Made by a program: the position numbers and the translations under genes. The notes beneath the pieces were generated by a model that saw only the letters and a program-made list of their open reading frames with translations, did not search any database and was not told the DNA's origin. A stretch of DNA of 14,982 nucleotides from Bacillota bacterium (lineage in GTDB: Bacteria > Bacillota > Clostridia > Oscillospirales > Acutalibacteraceae): positions 1 through 14,982 of the forward strand of contig JAEZFF010000057.1 of assembly GCA_023417635.1 (NCBI GenBank). Reading direction: 5' to 3'. This document shows, one piece after another, positions 1 to 5,971 of this stretch (position 1 is the stretch's first letter; every line of letters begins with the position of its first letter).

Positions 1-362
1 CCCACAATTTTCTTGCCTGGCTCCAGACGCTTTTCGCCTTTGGCATCCGTCAGACAGTAATGGCGGTTCATGAAGGTAATCATCGGCCCAACTGCCTGCG
101 AATAGTAATTCGGGCTGCTCACAATCAGCGCGCCGCATTCGTGCAAGTCCTTCCAGTATCTTTGCAGATCATCCTTGCGGCGGCAATCCGCCGAATTTTC
201 TCTGCAAAAATTACACCCGCAGCAACCACGCACATCCATCTTGTCAATATCATACACAACCGTTTCATTGCCCGCTTCTTTTGCACCGCGCAGCACTTCC
301 CGCGCAAGAACTGTAGAATTTCCGTTTTCTCTTGGGCTTCCCAAAACTACAATGACTTTCAT
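1..362 (-). CDS. NADPH-dependent FMN reductase-family iron-sulfur flavoprotein (Isf-like). N-terminal 120 aa only; the 3' end lies beyond the window start.
   Basis: Reverse-complement translation from the ATG at 362-360 gives MKVIVVLGSPRENGNSTVLAREVLRGAKEAGNETVVYDIDKMDVRGCCGCNFCRENSADCRR.... The N-terminus is the flavodoxin-like motif of this family (MKxxxxxGSPRxNGNS). The compact CCGCNFC...C cysteine cluster is typical of Isf proteins. An RBS GAAAGGCGG sits 8-9 nt upstream. No complete ORF is listed in the track because there is no stop inside the window. Confidence 0.7.
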   Translation of the reverse strand, partial: MKVIVVLGSPRENGNSTVLAREVLRGAKEAGNETVVYDIDKMDVRGCCGCNFCRENSADCRRKDDLQRYWKDLHECGALIVSSPNYYSQAVGPMITFMNRHYCLTDAKGEKRLEPGKKIV

Positions 363-395
363 CTCATAACCGCCTTTCTTGTTTTTTGCAGTTTT

Positions 396-406
396 ATTAT
401 AGCACA
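396..406 (-). promoter_or_regulatory. Extended -10 promoter element (TGTGCTATAAT on minus strand) for the flavoprotein gene
   Basis: rc of attatagcaca = TGTGCTATAAT (TGnTATAAT), about 30 nt upstream of the ATG at 362. No convincing -35. Confidence 0.3.
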
Positions 407-476
407 GACGTATTTTTTCTGCGGCAAGCTGAAAAAACATTTTCGTCAGAAACGCAGCCGAGTTGATTCTCCGGCT

Positions 477-504
477 TGTTTTATGCCAAAAATCCCGTTA
501 TAAT
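477..504 (+). promoter_or_regulatory. Sigma-A-like promoter for the AI-2E transporter gene (-35 TTGTTT, 16-nt spacer, -10 TATAAT)
   Basis: TTGTTT at 477-482 and TATAAT at 499-504, about 33 nt upstream of the start codon at 538. Confidence 0.35.
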
Positions 505-537
505 GGACTAAAGGTTCACCGGAGGAAGGAACATACG

Positions 538-1722
538 ATGGAGCTCAATAAAAGTAACATTAAAAAAATAGTGTTTTTGATTATCTTTGGGGTAGCATTT
601 TATATGCTGGTTAAAAACCTCTACCTTGTTCCGTCCTTTTTTAATTCATTTTTCGGGATTATAGGTCCGGTGCTCGCCGGGTTCGCAACCGCTTTTGTTG
701 TTAACGTACTGATGGTTCAGGTAGAAAACCACCTTTTCGCGCCTTTGAACAAACGCTGCAAAAAAATCTGGCCGAAAATCCGCCGCGGCATCAGCATCCT
801 CGTTTCTTTCGTGATCATCTTCGGCCTCATTACGCTCCTGCTGTTCTTCGTAATTCCGGAGCTTGGCCACACAATTACAAACCTGGCCAACAACATTCCA
901 AGTTACCTTTCCAATATGCAAAAAGCGATTACTGCTTTTTGCGCAAAGCACCCCAAAGTGGCTGAATTTGCTCGGAACACCAATTTTAACTGGGACAACA
1001 CCAGCCACATGCTTACCACCTACGGCCAGAAGCTGGCTGCTGACCTTGTGTCTTCAACCGTTTCCGTTACAACCAGCATTTTCCACGGTGCCATTGCCTG
1101 TGTGCTGACCATTGTCATCGCCATTAACACGCTGGCACAAAAAGAAAAGCTCCATGCGCAGCTGCGCAAAGTGCTGTACGCCTATGTTCCGCGCAAGCAC
1201 GCGGATCATGTGTGCCACGTTTTTCATCTTGCCGACCGCGCTTTTTATAACTGTATTGCCGGCACCTGCACCGAAGCGTGCATTCTCGGCACGCTGTGCT
1301 TTATCGGCATGAATATTTTCCACTTCCCCTACGCCGTGCTGATTTCGGTTCTCGTTGCCTTTAACGCGCTGATTCCGATTATTGGCTCTTTTCTCAGCAC
1401 AGTTGTGGGTGGGCTGCTGGTTTCTATTGTTGACCCAATTCAGGGGCTGTGGTACATGGTCTACTTCTGCATCCTGCAGCAGTTGGAAGGCAACCTCATT
1501 TACCCACGCGTTGTCGGTTCGCGCGTAGGGTTGCCTGTGCTCTGGATGCTGATTGCCATTACAATCGGCGGCAACGCTTTCGGCGTTCTCGGCATGATTA
1601 TCAATATCCCCATCTGCGCTGTACTTTACAGCCTGATTCGTGAAAATGTGCGAAAGCGCGAAAGCCTGACGGATTACTCTACTCAGCCTGCCGAGACGGA
1701 CTCCAAAGGAAAGGAAAAATAG
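538..1722 (+). CDS. AI-2E family transporter (PerM/YhhT/UPF0118 family, putative autoinducer-2 exporter)
   Basis: ORF 463..1722. The real start is taken as the ATG at 538 (MELNKSNIKK...), preceded by GGAGGAAGG with a 7-nt spacer. The protein is polytopic with many TM segments and carries family-typical motifs (VIPELG, ALIPIIGSFLS, GVLGMIINIPI). Confidence 0.85.
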   Translation: MELNKSNIKKIVFLIIFGVAFYMLVKNLYLVPSFFNSFFGIIGPVLAGFATAFVVNVLMVQVENHLFAPLNKRCKKIWPKIRRGISILVSFVIIFGLITLLLFFVIPELGHTITNLANNIPSYLSNMQKAITAFCAKHPKVAEFARNTNFNWDNTSHMLTTYGQKLAADLVSSTVSVTTSIFHGAIACVLTIVIAINTLAQKEKLHAQLRKVLYAYVPRKHADHVCHVFHLADRAFYNCIAGTCTEACILGTLCFIGMNIFHFPYAVLISVLVAFNALIPIIGSFLSTVVGGLLVSIVDPIQGLWYMVYFCILQQLEGNLIYPRVVGSRVGLPVLWMLIAITIGGNAFGVLGMIINIPICAVLYSLIRENVRKRESLTDYSTQPAETDSKGKEK

Positions 1723-1742
1723 GTCGAATATTGGTTTTCCTT

Positions 1743-1751
1743 TTGGTATAA
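1743..1751 (+). promoter_or_regulatory. Extended -10 element TGGTATAAT upstream of the Enzyme-I fragment gene
   Basis: TGnTATAAT at 1743-1751. Weak -35 (gTCGAA). This gives a ~110-nt leader before the ATG at 1873. Confidence 0.3.
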
Positions 1752-1872
1752 TCCGGAAAAGATAAACATTTGGTATCAGCATCCGTTTCAGCGCAAAACA
1801 GCCTTTCTCCGTTTAATTGATTCAGAAAGGAGCGAGCATCTGCTTTCAAAAGCTTTGCAGCAGATGGAAACG

Positions 1873-2631
1873 ATGAAGAGAATTCAAGGGATTGCAGCAT
1901 CCAATGGAATTGTACTTGGCCGGATTTCCATTTTTTACAGGGAAAAATGCAGCGTTTCCAAGCGGTATGCCGCCAATATTGAAGCCGAGCAGGAGCGCTT
2001 GAATGAAGCGCTTTCCAAAGCGGTCAATGAAATGGCAGAACTTTACCGCCGCTCTCTGAAACAATTAGGGGAAAAAAATTCTGAAATTTTCCAAATTCAC
2101 ATTATGATGCTGCAGGATGAAGAGTTTGTTCATGCCATGCAGGATTGCATTCGCCGTGACCATGTGAATGCGGAATATGCCGTTTGGCAGACGGGCAAAC
2201 ATTTTTCAGAGCGTATGGAAAAAATTAAAAACGAATATATGCGCGCCCGTGCAGCCGATATTAAAGACATTACATACTGTTTGGTCTGCTGCCTGAATGC
2301 CAAGGCGTCCGCTAAACCGAAAGCAGAGATGGTGAAAGCCCCGTTCGTGATAGCCGCCGATGAATTTACGCCGAGCGAAACAATACAGATGGACCCTGCA
2401 AAAGTTCTTGCTATCCTGACCCGCAGCGGCTCCAGCACTTCACACGCCTCTATGCTGGCCCGCACAATGGGAATTCCGACCGTAGTTGGCGTTGGCGCCA
2501 ATTACAAATATTTACAGGATGGAATGCTCGTTTCTGTTAACGGTACTTCCGGTGAGGTTATTCTGAATCCGGATGCGCAGTCGCAGGCAGCCTGTGAACA
2601 GAAGCGCATGGAATTCCTCCACCGTATTTAA
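1873..2631 (+). CDS. PTS Enzyme I N-terminal fragment: HPr-binding alpha domain plus phospho-histidine (PEP-utilisers) domain, lacking the PEP-binding TIM-barrel domain
   Basis: ORF 1855..2631 (TTG), with in-frame ATGs at 1864 and 1873. The ATG at 1873 (MKRIQGIAAS...) aligns with the canonical EI N-terminus (MISGILAS...). Blocks match EI residue by residue: FQIHIMMLQDEEF, YMRARAADIKDI, FVIAADEFTPSETIQMDPAKVLAILTRSGSSTSHASMLARTMGIPTVVGVG (phospho-His retained), LVSVNGTSGEVILNP. The protein stops after about 253 aa, where EIC would begin. A strong terminator follows immediately. Confidence 0.8.
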   Translation: MKRIQGIAASNGIVLGRISIFYREKCSVSKRYAANIEAEQERLNEALSKAVNEMAELYRRSLKQLGEKNSEIFQIHIMMLQDEEFVHAMQDCIRRDHVNAEYAVWQTGKHFSERMEKIKNEYMRARAADIKDITYCLVCCLNAKASAKPKAEMVKAPFVIAADEFTPSETIQMDPAKVLAILTRSGSSTSHASMLARTMGIPTVVGVGANYKYLQDGMLVSVNGTSGEVILNPDAQSQAACEQKRMEFLHRI

Positions 2632-2647
2632 AACATTCAAAAAAGAT

Positions 2648-2688
2648 CCCGTCCGCCGGTTTTCCGGCAGGCGGGATTTCTTATTTTT
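2648..2688. terminator. Bidirectional rho-independent terminator between the convergent EI-fragment and ydbC-like genes
   Basis: 12-bp stem CCCGTCCGCCGG / CCGGCAGGCGGG (one mismatch, one G-U) with a tttt loop. It is flanked by AAAAAA on the left (a T-run for the minus strand) and ATTTCTTATTTTT on the right. Confidence 0.7.
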
Positions 2689-2908
2689 CACTTTCGAGTT
2701 TGTTCAGCAAATTATGGAGCTCAGTCATCTCATCTTGCGTAAGCGTAATGCCCTTGCCCATCTTTTCGTGGCCCTCCGACCAGTCGCGGATGTCGTATTT
2801 AGGCTCTCGGCCGTTCCAGCTTACCATGTTCAGCTCTTTGTTCCAGCCGCGCGCACCTTCTGAAAGGACGCCGATTTCTTTTGTAATTTCATATTTGATC
2901 TCTGCCAT
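2681..2908 (-). CDS. YdbC-like PC4/p15-fold ssDNA-binding protein (75 aa)
   Basis: MAEIKYEITKEIGVLSEGARGWNKELNMVSWNGREPKYDIRDWSEGHEKMGKGITL... is near-collinear with the characterised Lactococcus YdbC PC4-like protein (KFEI..E.IVLSENAKGWRKELNRVSWN...PKYDIR.WS..HEKMGKGITL). RBS GGGGAG, 7-nt spacer. Confidence 0.8.
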   Translation of the reverse strand: MAEIKYEITKEIGVLSEGARGWNKELNMVSWNGREPKYDIRDWSEGHEKMGKGITLTQDEMTELHNLLNKLESEK

Positions 2909-3002
2909 ATTTTACTCCCCGTGTTTCCTATGTTTGATTTTCCGTTGCTGCGCACCTCACTCTACAAGCGGCAGCCTGGTGCGGGCACACGGATTGCTTT
3001 CC

Positions 3003-3013
3003 ATTATAGCACA
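3003..3013 (-). promoter_or_regulatory. Extended -10 (TGTGCTATAAT on minus strand) for the ydbC-like gene
   Basis: rc of attatagcaca at 3003-3013 lies about 95 nt upstream of the ATG at 2908. Same TGTGCTATAAT element as at 396-406. Confidence 0.3.
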
Positions 3014-3060
3014 GCGAAATGCAGTTTTTACCCGAAAAATATTAAATTTAGTGGAGCATC

Positions 3061-3092
3061 AAAAAACGGGTCCCGTTTTTCAGCGGGGCCCG
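3061..3092 (-). terminator. Rho-independent terminator for the SPFH gene
   Basis: Stem CGGGTCCCG / CGGGGCCCG (9 bp, one G-U) with an 8-nt loop. On the minus strand it is followed by TTTTTT (the plus-strand AAAAAA at 3061-3066). It sits 10 nt downstream of the stop at 3103. Confidence 0.65.
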
Positions 3093-3102
3093 CAAATTCA
3101 CT

Positions 3103-4545
3103 TTACTGAATATCGCTGTCGTTAAAGACGTCGCCGCACTCTGGGCAGAATTTTGGCGGTTTCGTCGGATCCGGGGGAACCCAGCCGCATTTGTCGCACT
3201 TATAGCGGCGAATGACTGGTTTCGGTTTCCCGCAGTTCTGGCAGAACTTTCCGGTGTTCACAGCACCGCATTCACAGGTCCACTCCAAGTTAGTCGGCGC
3301 AGCCTGCCCTTGTGCTCCCGATGCAGTTGGTTTCGGCTTTCCGCACTGTTCGCAGAACTTACCGGTGTTCTGAGCACCGCAGTCACAGGTCCAAACATCT
3401 GCAGTACTTGCGCCGCCTGCTGAGGAACCCGCCGGAGAAACCGGCGCAGTTGGCGGCACTGGCGGAGGTGTTGGCTGCTGTGGCTGCTGTGGCGTCTGAT
3501 ATTGCGGCTGCTGCGGTTGCTGCTGATTTGGCTGAAATGGATTACCCATTCCCATATTGCCCATCATGCCGCCCATCATGGCGGCGCCCATCATATTCAT
3601 GGCGCCGTTCATGCCGCCGCCTTCGCCGCCGCCTTTTGCGGCTCCCTGACCGAGGCCGGTAACATAGCCGACCTTTGCCTGGTTCATGGCACCTGAAGCA
3701 AACTGGCTGTCGCTGTAAACACGAGTTTCCTGCAGTTTCTGGATTTTTGCGGCATCCTCGTCTACCGGCGAAACGCCTTCAATGCTTACGCGGTCAACAT
3801 TAATACCAACTTTGTCTTCCCAGTTTAATTTCAGTGCAGCCTGAACAGCCGCAGTCAACTGTGTGGTTGCACTGGGGAGCATATCGTAGGAAACATGCTG
3901 TGCCGTCACACTGCCAAGCGCTGGAAGGAGCGAAGCGCCGAGGTCTGACTTGAACTGCTCTTCAAACTGGTCGATGCAATACTCATAATCCGCGTTCCCG
4001 GCAAGGTTTGCATAAAACAGAAGCGGGTCAGTAACACGGTAAGTAAACGTACCGAAACAGGTAATGCGAACCGTCATGTTCCACTCGCTGTCACGGAACG
4101 GAACAGGCTGCTTGGTGCCAAATTTATTGTCGGTAATCAGCTTTTTGTTGATGAAGTAAACACGCTGGTCATGGCCGGGGTCACCGCCAAAAGATAGACG
4201 CTTCCCGACTAATTCAAATGATTTCAGCAGGCCCTTGCCAAATCCGCCGTAAAAGAGTGACGGTTCTGAAGATTTGTCGTATGTATACGCGCCGGTTTCA
4301 TCGGTAAAATCGACAATTTTGCCATCGTCCACAACAAGGAGGAACTGCCCTTCATTTACCGCAATACGGCTGCCCCGCGTAATGATATTGTCGCTGCCTT
4401 TTGTGTTGGAAGATTTCTGCCCAACGCGCTTTTTACCTTTACGCATCAGCACGTTATTCGGCATTTCGTCGCAGTAGATATATTCAAGCCACTGGTCAGC
4501 CAGCGTGCTTCCTATTCCTGCTGCCGCTGCTTTAATCAGTCCCAT
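3103..4545 (-). CDS. SPFH/Band-7 (Band_7_1, YdjI-like) protein with Met/Gly-rich and Gln/Pro-rich low-complexity linker and three C-terminal zinc ribbons
   Basis: 480-aa ORF. The N-terminal 300 aa follow the Band_7_1/YdjI pattern (DQWLE...ITRGSRIAVNEGQFLLVVDDGKIVDF...RVYFINKKLITDNKFGT). Then comes GGGEGGGMNGAMNMMGAAMMGGMMGNMGMGNPF followed by QQQPQQPQYQTPQQPQQPTPPPVPP. Three CxxC...CxxC ribbons follow: WTCDCG..FCEQCG, WTCECG..FCQNCG, YKCDKCG..FCPECG. RBS AAGAGGCGG. Confidence 0.85.
   Translation of the reverse strand: MGLIKAAAAGIGSTLADQWLEYIYCDEMPNNVLMRKGKKRVGQKSSNTKGSDNIITRGSRIAVNEGQFLLVVDDGKIVDFTDETGAYTYDKSSEPSLFYGGFGKGLLKSFELVGKRLSFGGDPGHDQRVYFINKKLITDNKFGTKQPVPFRDSEWNMTVRITCFGTFTYRVTDPLLFYANLAGNADYEYCIDQFEEQFKSDLGASLLPALGSVTAQHVSYDMLPSATTQLTAAVQAALKLNWEDKVGINVDRVSIEGVSPVDEDAAKIQKLQETRVYSDSQFASGAMNQAKVGYVTGLGQGAAKGGGEGGGMNGAMNMMGAAMMGGMMGNMGMGNPFQPNQQQPQQPQYQTPQQPQQPTPPPVPPTAPVSPAGSSAGGASTADVWTCDCGAQNTGKFCEQCGKPKPTASGAQGQAAPTNLEWTCECGAVNTGKFCQNCGKPKPVIRRYKCDKCGWVPPDPTKPPKFCPECGDVFNDSDIQ
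3471..3535. repeat. Imperfect tandem 9-bp repeats (TGGCTGCTG-like) encoding the QQP-rich linker of the SPFH protein
   Basis: tggctgctg tggctgctg tggcgtctg ... cggctgctg cggttgctgctg. On the coding strand this reads CAGCAGCCA = Q-Q-P units. Confidence 0.6.
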
Positions 4546-4588
4546 TTCTGTCCGCCTCTTTCTAAATCATTTTAGTATATGGGTAAAT

Positions 4589-5506
4589 TTACTGAATATC
4601 GTCCAGGTTGCTGAGAACCCAATCGTGGTCGCCGTTTGTAATAACCGTGCCGCAGTAAGCACATTCGCCTGCAGCATTTACATCAACCGGCGCGCCGCAG
4701 TTCGGGCATTTTGTAGTACTGGCATTGCTGTTCTGGCCGGTTGTAACGCCAAGGGTACGCATAAATTTTGCGAGATATTTTACCTCATATGTTGTTTTGG
4801 GGTCACCCTTTACAACTTTTCCGGTTTCCTCATCCACAATGTAATCGCTGTAACTGGTGTTCAGGTAAACCGTCAGGTACTCATACTTGCCTTCTGTCTT
4901 GTAGGCATAAAAATACGCGTCGTTGACGCATACGTTTTCCATCTTATTAATGGTATGGTTCTTAATAAACTCGTCAAGCTGCGTCTTATGCTGAACAAAC
5001 AGCGGCTCCGACTCGAACGGCCGGGCCTTTTTCCAGTCACGTTCTTCCCATGCCTGCTGCAGCTGAACAAAGACCTGTTTCGACCATGTCAAAAAACGCT
5101 CAGAGTCAAAATCCGGGTCATGCTCCCGAATCTGGCTGAGGATATGCTCTTCAGAATCCGTTGCAACCGGCGGCTGGGAAGTCGACTGTTCAAAGATTTC
5201 GTCTCCGCCTCCCGAGCCTCCTTTCTTTTTATTCTGTGCATAAATAATATAAAGCACAACAAGGATAATGATGCCTACTGTTCCAAAGCCAAACCCACCG
5301 GAACCGCCAAAGCCACCGCCACCGCCGTAATAATGCGTACTGCCTCCAGCTGAATGGTTGTTGCTGCCCCCGTAATGCGTGTGGTTGCCGACGGAAAGCG
5401 GCTGTGCACAAGCCGCTTTGGCCGAAACCACGCTGCCGGCAAAAGGCATTGCTATCGAAAGCAGCAGTGCAAAAGCCGCAAGCACTGCCAAGACCCTTTT
5501 TTTCAT
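4589..5506 (-). CDS. Membrane-anchored Tim44-like (NTF2-fold) domain protein with N-terminal signal peptide, Gly/His/Tyr-rich ectodomain stub, one TM helix and a C-terminal zinc ribbon
   Basis: 305 aa. Signal peptide MKKRVLAVLAAFALLLSIAMPFAGSVVSA. Ectodomain stub AQPLSVGNHTHYGGSNNHSAGGSTHYYGGGGGFGGSGGFGFG. TM segment TVGIIILVVLYIIYA. The cytoplasmic region matches the Tim44 C-terminal domain pattern: DPDFDSERFL...AWEERDW...YLTVYL...DEETGKVVKGDPKTTYEVKYLAKFMR (compare Tim44 ...GEVVEGDPDK...VWALCR). C-terminal ribbon CPNCG...CAYCG. RBS GGAGGG. A 43-nt gap to the SPFH gene suggests co-transcription. Confidence 0.75.
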   Translation of the reverse strand: MKKRVLAVLAAFALLLSIAMPFAGSVVSAKAACAQPLSVGNHTHYGGSNNHSAGGSTHYYGGGGGFGGSGGFGFGTVGIIILVVLYIIYAQNKKKGGSGGGDEIFEQSTSQPPVATDSEEHILSQIREHDPDFDSERFLTWSKQVFVQLQQAWEERDWKKARPFESEPLFVQHKTQLDEFIKNHTINKMENVCVNDAYFYAYKTEGKYEYLTVYLNTSYSDYIVDEETGKVVKGDPKTTYEVKYLAKFMRTLGVTTGQNSNASTTKCPNCGAPVDVNAAGECAYCGTVITNGDHDWVLSNLDDIQ

Positions 5507-5520
5507 TTTTTGCCCTCCAT
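5345..5520. repeat. Copy A of a ~175-bp tandem direct duplication (5' coding end, RBS and leader of the Tim44-like gene)
   Basis: Aligns with 5720-5895 at roughly 75-80% identity. Example: gcaagcactgccaagaccctttttttcattttt versus gcaagcactgccaaaacccttttttttcattttt. Confidence 0.6.
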
Positions 5521-5588
5521 GTTTGGTGAAAAGCCTGTTTCTACTGAAGCACCAGGCTTCCCAGGATTTTAAGAATGTTTTATTTTGT

Positions 5589-5618
5589 ATTTTACCATAT
5601 GTATTGCCTGGTTTTGAA
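5589..5618 (-). promoter_or_regulatory. Promoter of the Tim44-like/SPFH operon (-35 TTCAAA, 18-nt spacer, extended -10 TGGTAAAAT; minus strand)
   Basis: rc of attttacca (5589-5597) = TGGTAAAAT. rc of tttgaa (5613-5618) = TTCAAA. About 80 nt upstream of the ATG at 5506. Confidence 0.4.
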
Positions 5619-5646
5619 TTTTTAAATACATTTTAGCTGCTGAGGC

Positions 5647-5883
5647 TTAATTTTTATTTTTGAACACTATAGCTGCAACAATTACAGCAATCACACCCAG
5701 CACACCACCCGGTGAAATGTTCATAGAATTGCCGCTGGAAGAATTGCTGCTGTAGTGTGTGTGGTTTCCTACCGAAAGCGGCTGAACACCAGCAGCTTCC
5801 GCCACCACCGGTTTTCCCGTGAAAGCCTCTGCCGAAAACAGCAGTGTAAATGCCGCAAGCACTGCCAAAACCCTTTTTTTCAT
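5647..5883 (-). CDS. 78-aa signal-peptide + single-TM mini-protein, paralogous to the N-terminal 60 aa of the adjacent Tim44-like protein
   Basis: Start at the ATG 5883 (RBS GGAGGG, 5-nt spacer), not the upstream extension of ORF 5647..5940. MKKRVLAVLAAFTLLFSAEAFTGKPVVAEAAGVQPLSVGNHTHYSSNSSSGNSMNISPGGVLGVIAVIVAAIVFKNKN. It shares MKKRVLAVLAAF and the QPLSVGNHTHY motif with the 305-aa protein, both at matching positions. Confidence 0.6.
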   Translation of the reverse strand: MKKRVLAVLAAFTLLFSAEAFTGKPVVAEAAGVQPLSVGNHTHYSSNSSSGNSMNISPGGVLGVIAVIVAAIVFKNKN

Positions 5884-5895
5884 TTTTACCCTCCA
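5720..5895. repeat. Copy B of the ~175-bp tandem direct duplication (5' end, RBS and leader of the mini-paralog gene)
   Basis: See copy A at 5345-5520. Same orientation, 375-bp period. Confidence 0.6.
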
Positions 5896-5971
5896 AACTT
5901 TCGGGAAGTACTTCTTCAGCAAAGCAAACGATCTTTCCATAATTTAACTGATTAAAAATAATCTGTCTTTT

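Noticed and set aside
60-503. 147-aa plus-strand ORF
   Set aside because: It is antisense to the well-supported flavoprotein gene, and has no RBS and no recognisable domain. The real coding frame is on the minus strand.
2573-3125. Plus-strand ORFs 2573..2863 and 2700..3125, checked as a possible continuation of the Enzyme I C-terminal domain
   Set aside because: They show no similarity to the EI PEP-binding domain and are antisense to the ydbC-like gene or span two terminators. The EI truncation is therefore clean rather than a frameshift.
3312-3696. Two plus-strand ORFs (116 and 64 aa) and apparent repetitiveness, considered as a possible CRISPR or repeat array
   Set aside because: The repeats are CAG/CTG-type codon repeats of the Q/P- and M/G-rich linker on the minus-strand SPFH gene. 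There are no spacer-repeat units, so this is not a CRISPR array.
4505-5353. 282-aa plus-strand ORF
   Set aside because: It runs antisense to the Tim44-like/zinc-ribbon gene, which has a signal peptide, a TM helix, a domain match and an RBS. The plus-strand product is low-complexity with no features.
5654-5896. 80-aa minus-strand ORF in an alternative frame of the mini-paralog gene
   Set aside because: The frame with the signal peptide, the TM helix and the shared QPLSVGNHTHY motif (5647..5883) is clearly the real one.
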